Below are positions 40,165 to 48,012 of a stretch of DNA of 64,000 nucleotides, piece by piece. Under the pieces are notes generated by a model, which saw only the letters and a list, made by a program, of their open reading frames with translations, had not been told where the DNA came from and made no database searches. The translations under genes and the position numbers were made by a program. The stretch comes from an uncultured Chloroflexia bacterium (lineage in GTDB: Bacteria > Chloroflexota > Anaerolineae > CG2-30-64-16). Numbering within the stretch: position 1 is the stretch's first letter; every line of letters begins with the position of its first letter. The DNA is taken from contig CAWIPK010000007.1 in the NCBI GenBank assembly GCA_963837925.1, positions 81,124-145,123 on the forward strand. Reading direction: 5' to 3'.

Positions 40165-41532
40165 TCAGTGGGGCATGGGAGTCGCCACGGAGACGCCCGC
40201 CTGGTCCTTGCCCCTGCCATTGCCGGACGGCGCCCGGCGAAACTCCGGTTCGCTAAGCACTCGCTCGAGCAACTCCCAATCACGCGCTACCAACGGGAAC
40301 TGCTTGACGAACCAACCCACCGCTTCCCAGGCGATCGTCCGCCAGGTGCCGAAGAAGGGGGCTGTGAGGCGGAGCGCATGCAGCGTTTCGCACAAGCGAT
40401 CGATCTCCTGATCGGACATGCGCATCAGGCCCAATATCAGCTTCCGCTCCGCCTCCAGGCTGCTCAGGATCGGGTCCTGGAAAAGCTGCTGATAGCGCTG
40501 GAACTGAACCCGCGACACATCCCCGGAATCCAAGGCTTCGGCGGCGAGCAGTGCCGCCTGCCTGCCCAGGTAGAGCGAGGGGATGATTCCAAGGTGGCCA
40601 CCCGGGGTGGTCGCATCGCCGAGGCCAAGGAAGCCGTCTTGGGCGATGGTCACCGGCGCGTCGCGCATCACCAGCTTGTGCGTCGAGCCGCCGATGACCT
40701 GCGAGCCCACGAAGAGGTCCTTCACCCGTGGATCGCTCTGCATGTACTCATCCAGGAAGTACCAGAGCGAGCGATCGGTGTGGTAGCGTGCGCCGTCGGC
40801 GAAGATGGTGAAATAAACCGACGCGCGGCCGGGCGCCGGCAAGACGACCGTGCCAAACGCTTGCTGCGCCGAAGTGTAGCGCCTGCCGAGAGTGACCAGT
40901 TGGCCGAGATGCTCCGCCGTCACGGCGGGCGCGAACAGATCCTGGCTGACCACAAACGCGTAGCGCTTGGCCGGAGGGACGCGTGCGTACAGGCCTGCCT
41001 CCTCACAGAGTTGGCGTGCGGTGCCTTCGGCAGACAGCACGACCTCAGCCTGAATGGCGCCGCCGCCCGTGCGAACGCCGGTTACTCTGCCGCCGTCCTG
41101 CACCAAGCCGATGGCGGCTGTCCCGAACCGCAGCTCCGCTCCGGCCGCCTCGGCCTGTGCGGCGAGCAGACGCAGTAAGCCGGGTTTGTCGACGACTGCA
41201 AGCGGGAAATCATCACTGGACGAGTAGGGCGCGCTGAACTCCTGGCCGCTCGGCCCCACCAGGCGCTGAACGGTCGGATAGCCGGCGATCAGCGACGAGG
41301 GAAGTGAGAGATCCAGTCCGGCGAAGCGGATCCCGCTTGCGGAGCGTTGCGCCGAAACAAAGCCCGGCACGGGCGCGATCATCGCCCCGCAGGGGTAAGA
41401 TAGATCCCCAGCCGCATTCAGCCGGTCAAGCACGAGCGTCCGGAAACCCAACCGGGCGGCAGTCCGCGCTGCACCCAGGCCGGCCGGGCCCGCTCCGACG
41501 ATGAGAACCTCGCATTTTTGGCTGCTCATCAT
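40165..41532 (-). CDS. FAD-dependent oxidoreductase (geranylgeranyl-reductase/FixC-like superfamily), paralogue 1
   Basis: Dinucleotide fold VLIVGAGPAGLGAARTAARLGF..VLD and a GD motif DGFLGLGDA. It aligns over its full length with 46507-47916. Confidence 0.8.
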   Translation of the reverse strand: MMSSQKCEVLIVGAGPAGLGAARTAARLGFRTLVLDRLNAAGDLSYPCGAMIAPVPGFVSAQRSASGIRFAGLDLSLPSSLIAGYPTVQRLVGPSGQEFSAPYSSSDDFPLAVVDKPGLLRLLAAQAEAAGAELRFGTAAIGLVQDGGRVTGVRTGGGAIQAEVVLSAEGTARQLCEEAGLYARVPPAKRYAFVVSQDLFAPAVTAEHLGQLVTLGRRYTSAQQAFGTVVLPAPGRASVYFTIFADGARYHTDRSLWYFLDEYMQSDPRVKDLFVGSQVIGGSTHKLVMRDAPVTIAQDGFLGLGDATTPGGHLGIIPSLYLGRQAALLAAEALDSGDVSRVQFQRYQQLFQDPILSSLEAERKLILGLMRMSDQEIDRLCETLHALRLTAPFFGTWRTIAWEAVGWFVKQFPLVARDWELLERVLSEPEFRRAPSGNGRGKDQAGVSVATPMPH

Positions 41533-41565
41533 AGATCCTTCCTCTGCCCTGCGCAGATTTCCGAT

Positions 41566-41757
41566 CTAGCGGTCCAGGACGCCCCTGATGCCACCGAACA
41601 CCAGAACCATCAGGAACAGCCCGCCCATCGCCGCGTAAGCGAGCAATCCCGCATACAAGCCCTGTTGCCCGGCGATTGCGTTACCGAGCAGCAGGGGCCA
41701 AACGGAGGTCACTGCTACCAATACCACGATACTCAGCCTCTGCATCAGCCGTCGCAT
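41566..41757 (-). CDS. Small two-helix membrane protein (63 aa), hypothetical
   Basis: Two hydrophobic helices (LSIVVLVAVTSVWPLLLG and LFLMVLVFGGI). GAGGTG RBS. It ends 33 nt upstream of the oxidoreductase start. Confidence 0.5.
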   Translation of the reverse strand: MRRLMQRLSIVVLVAVTSVWPLLLGNAIAGQQGLYAGLLAYAAMGGLFLMVLVFGGIRGVLDR

Positions 41758-42019
41758 AATCGCACCTCATCTCAATACCACTCAGTACTGCACTTGATAA
41801 ATCGCAGAGTCTCCCTCTTGCTCATATGCCCCGATATAGCGTATCGTGGTTTTCTGATCGTCGTACAGCGCCGTACAGCTTGGTGCGGCGCGCTCTCCGA
41901 CCTTTTCGGACAAGACGCTATCGGTACTATTGTGCTCCTGGCGCAGTTCCTCGAGCACCCGGCTCGCGTTTGCGTCGGGTGAGACCGAGACGGCAACAAC
42001 GACGGTCCAAGGTGGTCCT

Positions 42020-42394
42020 TCAGCCCAAAGCAGATGTCCATTCGCCGTTGTAGACGGCCCGCACCTTCGTTACCAGGTCATCGAGCGTATCGTGTTCGGA
42101 CACGCATGCAGCCGCGCCCGCAGCCAGGTAAGCCAGGGTTCCGGCTTCCTCATCGGCAACGTCGATGGCCAGCACTCGGGTCCAGCCGCGCGAGACCGCG
42201 CTGATGATCTCGCACGCTTGGGCCTCGGACAGTTCGGCGCTCACAAGCACGACATCGCTGCGGTCGAGTTGCGCCAACGCCTCGTCAGCATCCGAAGCGA
42301 AACCCACAATACTCATGTCCGGCTCGTCGCGGAGCACGAGCCGCATGATGTCGCGCATGTTTGGATTACGGTCGACAACCAACAAACGTATCAC
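42020..42394 (-). CDS. Stand-alone pseudo-receiver (receiver fold lacking the phospho-acceptor Asp), paralogue 1
   Basis: NarL-type receiver pattern IRLLVVDRNP...EPDMSIVG...EAL...DVVLVSAELS...AACVSEHD. Ser replaces the acceptor Asp and Glu replaces the conserved Lys. GTG at 42394 is chosen because both paralogues then start GTG-AT(A/C)-CGT-TTG (MIRL). Confidence 0.7.
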   Translation of the reverse strand: MIRLLVVDRNPNMRDIMRLVLRDEPDMSIVGFASDADEALAQLDRSDVVLVSAELSEAQACEIISAVSRGWTRVLAIDVADEEAGTLAYLAAGAAACVSEHDTLDDLVTKVRAVYNGEWTSALG

Positions 42395-42441
42395 GGCCAA
42401 CCTCGGCAAACCTTATCGGGGACGACTAGCAGTGCGTGCGA

Positions 42442-42492
42442 ATTGTAAGGCCGGTTAGCAACCGCGCGGAAGCGTAGAATACCGGGATTTTT
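42442..42492 (-). promoter_or_regulatory. Promoter region of pseudo-receiver 1: -10 TACAAT plus conserved upstream element
   Basis: On the minus strand, AAAAATCCCGGTATTCTACG-cTTCCGC-18 nt-TACAAT. The same architecture is found at 48496-48545. Confidence 0.5.
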
Positions 42493-42815
42493 GCAGGAGT
42501 ATGATTCCTGGGGTATCTACGCGCGTACAGTATGAAACACCTAGATTGGTGCCGATAAGAATGGTAGAAACTACGCAAGAGATTTGGCGAAACAGGCGGG
42601 TACAAACTACGGAGTGCCAGCCGAGCGCCAGATATGGGTTCGGCGAGTCGGAGCGTCTGTCGCCTGACTGAGCATGGGGAGGAGAGCGCGCGGCGCCCGC
42701 TTCTGGCCGGCGACAGTCCTGCTCATGCCGTTAGGAACCTGGACTACAGCGCGCCCGGTGGCATTCATCTACCTCTATGGCGCGCGAGTACCAGAACGAC
42801 GCGGGGAGAAAGCAA

Positions 42816-43475
42816 ATGTCAAGCACACAACCCGACGGTTACCTCGCCACTGCCCCGGGCGCCAGTGGCAACGGAGTGCTGGTCCTCCACGCCTGGTGGG
42901 GGCTGAACGACACGATGAGGGCTTTCTGCAGGCGACTGGCGGAATCCGGCTTCGTGGCCTTCGCCCCAGACCTCTACCATGGCAAGGTGGCAGACAGCAT
43001 TGCCGATGCGGAAACGCTGGGCAGAGCTCTCGACGCCAACCACGTCCCGGCCAAGGCGGAGATCGCGGAGGCCACAGGCTTTCTGGGCGAACGGATTGGG
43101 GCGGCGGGCGGCAAGCTCGCAGTAGTTGGCTTCTCTCTGGGCGCCTATTATGCACTGGACCTCGCCGCCGCCGATCCCGAACACATCCGTTCCGTCGTCA
43201 TCTATTACGGGACCGGCGGCGGCGATTTCAGCCCCTCGAGAGCCTCCTACCTCGGTCACTTTGCGGAGAACGATGAGTTTGAGCCGCAGTCCGCCGTCGA
43301 CGACTTGGAGCAGCAACTAAGGCGTGCCGGCCGGCCAGTGACTTTCTATCGTTACAGCGGCGTTGGGCACTGGTTCTGCGAACCCGACCGCAGAGAGGCA
43401 TACAACCAGGCGGCAGCGAGCCTGGCGTGGGATCGGACCCTGGCCTTCCTGACGAGTACCTCGAAGGCAGCTTAG
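42816..43475 (+). CDS. Dienelactone hydrolase-family alpha/beta hydrolase
   Basis: GVLVLHAWWGLN, the nucleophile-elbow region VVGFSLGAYYA and C-terminal GVGHWF. ATG at 42816 follows GGGGAGAAAG. Confidence 0.85.
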   Translation: MSSTQPDGYLATAPGASGNGVLVLHAWWGLNDTMRAFCRRLAESGFVAFAPDLYHGKVADSIADAETLGRALDANHVPAKAEIAEATGFLGERIGAAGGKLAVVGFSLGAYYALDLAAADPEHIRSVVIYYGTGGGDFSPSRASYLGHFAENDEFEPQSAVDDLEQQLRRAGRPVTFYRYSGVGHWFCEPDRREAYNQAAASLAWDRTLAFLTSTSKAA

Positions 43476-43565
43476 TCGACACGCGGTGTCGAAGGATGCG
43501 CGGTCACCGGCAACGACGTGGTGGGCAAACTCGTGTCTGAAGCTCAAGCGATCAAGCGATTGACC

Positions 43566-43594
43566 TTGACACAGGCATTGACATGGCATATCCT
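43566..43594 (+). promoter_or_regulatory. Sigma70-type promoter (TTGACA, 17-nt spacer, TATCCT) upstream of slyD
   Basis: -35 at 43566-43571 and -10 at 43589-43594. Confidence 0.45.
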
Positions 43595-43634
43595 CAGGTT
43601 CGTGGACTGAAGGTTTCAGTCAGATAACGCTAAG

Positions 43635-43678
43635 AACGCCGCCCGATCTTATCGTGGTCTGGGTGGCGTTCTCTTGTT
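43635..43678 (+). terminator. Terminator-like hairpin in the slyD leader (AACGCCGCCC / GGGTGGCGTT then CTCTTGTT)
   Basis: A 10-bp stem with one G:U pair and a 16-nt loop, followed by a weak U-rich tract. It lies between the predicted promoter and the slyD ATG. Confidence 0.4.
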
Positions 43679-43698
43679 GGGAAGGATGTGTTTAGCGA

Positions 43699-44250
43699 AT
43701 GCCAAACGAAGAAATGACAGTCAGCGACGGGATGGTCGTCAGCATGGATTACAGCCTACGGCTCGACGAGGACGAGGAAATGGTGGACAGTTCAGCCGGG
43801 CGCGAGCCTCTCGAGTTCGTGCAAGGTGGCGGCCAGGTCATCCCTGGTCTCGAGCAGCAGATATACGGGATGGGCGTCGGGGATGAGAAGAGTGTGGTGG
43901 TCCCGCCGGCCGACGGCTACGGGGAAGCCGACAGCGAAGCCTATCAACTCATGCCGCTCGAGGCTTTTCCGGCCGACATGACCGTGGAGCCGGGGATGGG
44001 TCTCGAGCTGCGTGACGAGTTGGGACAGGCAGTGCAGGCCTACGTTGCCGACGTGCGGCCTGACGGAATCGTGCTCGACTTCAATCACCCGCTGGCAGGC
44101 AAGACGCTGCACTTTGACGTCAAGATAACCGCGCTGCGCCAGGCGACTGAGGCAGAGTTGGCGCACGGCCACGTCCACGAGGGCCACGAGCATGACGACG
44201 AGGGCGAAGATTTCGACGAAGTCGATGAGAGCGAGGGCGGCGCCCACTGA
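43699..44250 (+). CDS. slyD: FKBP-type peptidyl-prolyl isomerase, SlyD-like, with a His/acidic C-terminal tail
   Basis: FKBP core with an insert-in-flap layout (VVSMDYSLRL...FVQGGGQVIPGLE...DFNHPLAGKTLHFDVKI), and a tail HGHVHEGHEHDDEGEDFDE. Confidence 0.88.
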   Translation: MPNEEMTVSDGMVVSMDYSLRLDEDEEMVDSSAGREPLEFVQGGGQVIPGLEQQIYGMGVGDEKSVVVPPADGYGEADSEAYQLMPLEAFPADMTVEPGMGLELRDELGQAVQAYVADVRPDGIVLDFNHPLAGKTLHFDVKITALRQATEAELAHGHVHEGHEHDDEGEDFDEVDESEGGAH

Positions 44251-44290
44251 CGCCGGCGCCCCGCGCGGCGCACTGAGCGCGCACTGCCGA

Positions 44291-44941
44291 TCAGCGACGA
44301 TGTTTGTCAAGCAAAGCCAGGTGCTGCAGAGCGATAACGGTCTTCGCATCGCGAATTTCACCGTGGTTTATCATCTCCAGCGCCCGGCCGAAGGGGATGG
44401 TTACCAGTTCGGTATCCTCCCCTTCCGCCGCGACTCCTCCACCCTTGCCACTGTGCTCAGCGGCGCTGATCTCGGCCCAAAAGACCAAAATGCTTTCTGA
44501 GCTGCCGCCTGGACTGGGGTAGACGGTCGCGATAAAGTGCGGCTCGCTCTTCAGCTCGTAGCCGGCTTCCTCGAGCAGCTCCTTGCGAGCGACCTGGCCG
44601 GCATCCAACCCCGTGTCCTGCACGCCCGCCACAATCTCGAGCAGCCAGGCTTGCCGTGCGCCCGCGCCGTTCTGGTCCGCCGGATCGAGAGACGCGAACA
44701 CTGGGTAGCGGAACTGCCGGACGAGGGAGACCGCATCCTGACCCCGGTCATACAGCAGAACGCCGACTGAATTGCCGCGCTCGAAACTGAGCCGGGTGAC
44801 CGGATCGCTCAGCGTCCCATCGAAGCGCCGGAACTGGAGGCGCGCACGAACAACTCGGAACAACGTTTTGTAGTGGTAGTCTTCACTAAGCTCCAGCACC
44901 TGCACGAGGGGTGGTGGGGCTGCATCGAAGGCTGCAGACAT
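44291..44941 (-). CDS. NUDIX hydrolase (nucleoside-diphosphate-sugar pyrophosphatase type)
   Basis: Nudix box AGVQDTGLDAGQVARKELLEEAGY. ATG at 44941 follows AAGGAGG. Confidence 0.85.
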   Translation of the reverse strand: MSAAFDAAPPPLVQVLELSEDYHYKTLFRVVRARLQFRRFDGTLSDPVTRLSFERGNSVGVLLYDRGQDAVSLVRQFRYPVFASLDPADQNGAGARQAWLLEIVAGVQDTGLDAGQVARKELLEEAGYELKSEPHFIATVYPSPGGSSESILVFWAEISAAEHSGKGGGVAAEGEDTELVTIPFGRALEMINHGEIRDAKTVIALQHLALLDKHRR

Positions 44942-45105
44942 GACGACCTCCTTAGCGGCGCGTGGTCGACGTTTATCACCTATACCACAAGGCGCCCGGT
45001 CGCGCAACAGGTTTTCTGGCAGCGCGCAGATTTGCCGCGCACCGGCAATTGGGGCAAAATGGGCCTGTTTGCGTCTGCGTCCTAACGAGAGCTAGAAAGG
45101 AAGTC

Positions 45106-46503
45106 ATGATGCCCAGGGATTACAGCCGCTTGGTGGCCGAGCTTGCACAGAGCTACCGGCAGCATTCGCCTAAGTCAGCGGAGCTGAATGAGCGCGCGCA
45201 GCAAGTATTGGTCGATGGGGGAAGCCACGCGCTGCGCTTGATCGAACCGTTTCCACCACGCATCGTGCGTGCATCAGGAGGCTATGTCTGGGATGAGGAC
45301 GGGCACGCCATCCTCGACTTCTGGCAGGGTCACTTCGCCAACATCCTGGGGCACAACCCGCCCGAGATTGGTACGGCGCTGGCGGAGGCTTTTGCCGGCG
45401 GTTCGGGCTTGCAGACGGGCTTCACAGACAGGCTGCAGATCGAGACGGCCGAGATCCTCTGCCGGCAGACCGGAGCCGAGCGGGCCCGCTTCACGACCAG
45501 CGGCAGCCTGGCGACGATGTACGCTATCTTGCTGGCGCGTGCCTTTACCGGACGCGACCTGGTGATGAAGGCCGGCGGGGGTTGGCATGGCGCGCAACCG
45601 TGGGGCCTGAAAGGGGTGAGTTATCAGCCGGGCCGCGGCTTCGATCACCTGGACAGCCAAGGGTTGCCGCCTGCCGTCGCCGACGACCTGCTCCTGACTG
45701 GCTACAACGACGCCCAGATGCTCACGGATCAGTTCCATCAATTCGGCGATCGCATCGCCTGTTTCATCGTCGAGCCGTTCATCGGTGCCGGCGGCAGCAT
45801 CCCGGCCAAACGTGAGTACCTGCAGGCCGCGCGCCGGTTGACCAGCCAGTACGGAGCCGTGCTGATCCTCGACGAGGTCATCGCCGGCTTCCGTTTCCGA
45901 GCCGGCAACATGGGGGCGCTGTATGGCATCACGCCCGACCTGGCAACCTTTGGCAAGATCATGGGTGGTGGCATGCCGGTTACTGCAGTCGCCGGTCGAG
46001 CCGATATCTTGAACCTGACGGGACGGCCGGGAGGCAGCAAGGTAAAGTTCTCGGGCGGCACCTATTCAGCCCACCCCGCTTCGCTGCTGGCAGCCAAGAC
46101 GATGATGACCTACCTGGCAGAGCACGAGCGAGAGGTCTACACCCGACTGGGAGAACTAGGGGAGAAAGCGCGCCTGGCGAGCGAGGGGGCTTTTGCCGCC
46201 GAGGGCATCTGTGCGCGCTCGACAGGTCCGTCCCCTGAGCTCCCGCTGGGGAGTTCCATGGTTCACCTGCATTTCCCTTACAAGCCGGACCAGCCGCTCG
46301 AGACCCCGGACGATGTCTTCGATCCGGCCTTGTGCGATCCGATGCTGAGCGAACACGTGTTGCGGCTGGCGCTCCTGCTAGAAGACATTCACACCGTCCA
46401 CGGCCTAGGCGCGCTCAGTTGCGCCCACACCGAGGCTGACCTGGCCCGCCTGGCCGAGGCCTGCCGGCGCGTGGCACGCCGCATCAAGCCATACCTGGCC
46501 TGA
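45106..46503 (+). CDS. Class-III (GSA-aminomutase-like) PLP-dependent aminotransferase
   Basis: RFTTSGSLATMYAILLAR, ILDEVIAGFR and TFGKIMGGGMP (the PLP lysine). Confidence 0.88.
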   Translation: MMPRDYSRLVAELAQSYRQHSPKSAELNERAQQVLVDGGSHALRLIEPFPPRIVRASGGYVWDEDGHAILDFWQGHFANILGHNPPEIGTALAEAFAGGSGLQTGFTDRLQIETAEILCRQTGAERARFTTSGSLATMYAILLARAFTGRDLVMKAGGGWHGAQPWGLKGVSYQPGRGFDHLDSQGLPPAVADDLLLTGYNDAQMLTDQFHQFGDRIACFIVEPFIGAGGSIPAKREYLQAARRLTSQYGAVLILDEVIAGFRFRAGNMGALYGITPDLATFGKIMGGGMPVTAVAGRADILNLTGRPGGSKVKFSGGTYSAHPASLLAAKTMMTYLAEHEREVYTRLGELGEKARLASEGAFAAEGICARSTGPSPELPLGSSMVHLHFPYKPDQPLETPDDVFDPALCDPMLSEHVLRLALLLEDIHTVHGLGALSCAHTEADLARLAEACRRVARRIKPYLA

Positions 46504-46506
46504 GCG

Positions 46507-47916
46507 TCAACTTAGCACTCGAACTCGAAGCGGCACAGCAGGTAGACCATCCGCATGAGCAGCCGTCCCCAATTGGCCGGCAGCCAGAGGGGCGGTCGAT
46601 ATGGATAGTAGCTCATGGCCGTTCTCGATTTCCCTGCCCTCCGGCAACACGCGGGCGAGCAGGTCCCAGTCACGCGAGATGAGCGGGAATTGCTTGAGAA
46701 GCGATCCCAGCATCTCCCAGGCGATCATGCGCCAGTTACTGTAGTGGGGCGTCGTCAAGTGCAGGGTGTTGAGAGTCTGGCAAAGACGGTCGATGTCCTC
46801 ATCACCAATGCCGGTCAGGTTCGTCACCAGCCTGTTCTCGGCCCCCAAGCCGTGCGCGATCAGGCGATGTGAAACGGGAGTGTAAGCCGCCAGGCAGCCG
46901 GCGCAAGTATCCCCCAAGTCCAGCGCTTCGGCGGCGATCAGGGCCGCCTCGCGGCCGCCGTAAATAGCGGGCAGGAGGCCGAGCTGACCGCTGGCGGTGA
47001 TCGCGTCGCCCAGACCCATAAAACCATCGCCCACGACCCGCTGCGGCGCGTCGCGGATCACGATGCGATGTCCGGCCCGACTGACGATGCGGGAGCCAAC
47101 GAAGAGGTCTTTAACGCGTGGGTCGTTCCACACGTATTCATCGAGATAGGCCCAGCAGGACTGCACCGTGATGTCCTTGGGGTCGTCGGCAAAAACGGTG
47201 AAATATGCCCAGGCCCGGCCTGGAGAGGGCATGACGACCGTGCCGAACGCTTCACGCGCCGAGCTGTAGCGCTGCCCGAGGGTGATGATCTGCCCGAGCT
47301 GAGCGGCCCCGACCGCCGGGGCCTGCACTTCCTGGCTGACCACGTACGCGTAGCGGCGGGCGACCGAGAACTGTCCGAAAAGGCCTGCCTCTGCGCAGAG
47401 ACGACGGGCAGTGCCCTCGGCCGAGAGGACGACGCTCGCCCGGACGTCACCCCGGCTGGTTCGTACCCCGCAGACGCGATCACCTTCAAAAATGAGACCA
47501 AGCGCGGCCGTGGCATAACTCAGTTCAGCGCCTGCGTGAGCAGCTTGTTCGGCCAGACGCCGCAGCAACCCGCCAGGGTCGATGACGGCCACCGGCAATG
47601 AATCCCGTGCGAAAGCCAGGTCAAGATCCTGGCCGCCCGGGCTCTTGCACAGCCGCTGCCTGGGAAAACCGGCGATCAGCACATGGGACAGGTCCAGGTC
47701 GATCTCGGGGCAGTAGAGGCCATCGCCCTGCTGCTCGATAGATATCAGGCCGGGTATGGGAGCAATCACTCCGCTGCACGGGTGCGCCAGGGCGCCGCGA
47801 CCCGGCAGCCGCTCGAGAACGAGGGTGCTGAATCCCAGCCGAGCCGCCGTCCGGGCAGCACTGAGACCGGCCGGCCCCGCGCCGACCACCACTACTTCAT
47901 AATTGCCAGCCAACAT
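46507..47916 (-). CDS. FAD-dependent oxidoreductase, paralogue 2
   Basis: VVVVGAGPAGLSAARTAARLGF..VLE and DGFMGLGDA. It is collinear with 40165-41532. Confidence 0.8.
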   Translation of the reverse strand: MLAGNYEVVVVGAGPAGLSAARTAARLGFSTLVLERLPGRGALAHPCSGVIAPIPGLISIEQQGDGLYCPEIDLDLSHVLIAGFPRQRLCKSPGGQDLDLAFARDSLPVAVIDPGGLLRRLAEQAAHAGAELSYATAALGLIFEGDRVCGVRTSRGDVRASVVLSAEGTARRLCAEAGLFGQFSVARRYAYVVSQEVQAPAVGAAQLGQIITLGQRYSSAREAFGTVVMPSPGRAWAYFTVFADDPKDITVQSCWAYLDEYVWNDPRVKDLFVGSRIVSRAGHRIVIRDAPQRVVGDGFMGLGDAITASGQLGLLPAIYGGREAALIAAEALDLGDTCAGCLAAYTPVSHRLIAHGLGAENRLVTNLTGIGDEDIDRLCQTLNTLHLTTPHYSNWRMIAWEMLGSLLKQFPLISRDWDLLARVLPEGREIENGHELLSISTAPLAAGQLGTAAHADGLPAVPLRVRVLS

Positions 47917-48012
47917 AACAGCCAGTCATCTCCAGACACACACGCTTATGGGCCGGCCGCCCGCGCTCCGCCTGGGCGGGACACCTGGGCGACCCCCGGT
48001 GGCGGTCGCGAG

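Noticed and set aside
41772-42041. An 89-aa minus-strand ORF from the track, in the gap of module 1.
   Set aside because: It overlaps the 3' end of the pseudo-receiver gene. It has an implausible Cys/Arg/Ser-rich sequence and no RBS. A different 58-codon frame in the same gap looks more protein-like and is reported as a low-confidence finding instead.
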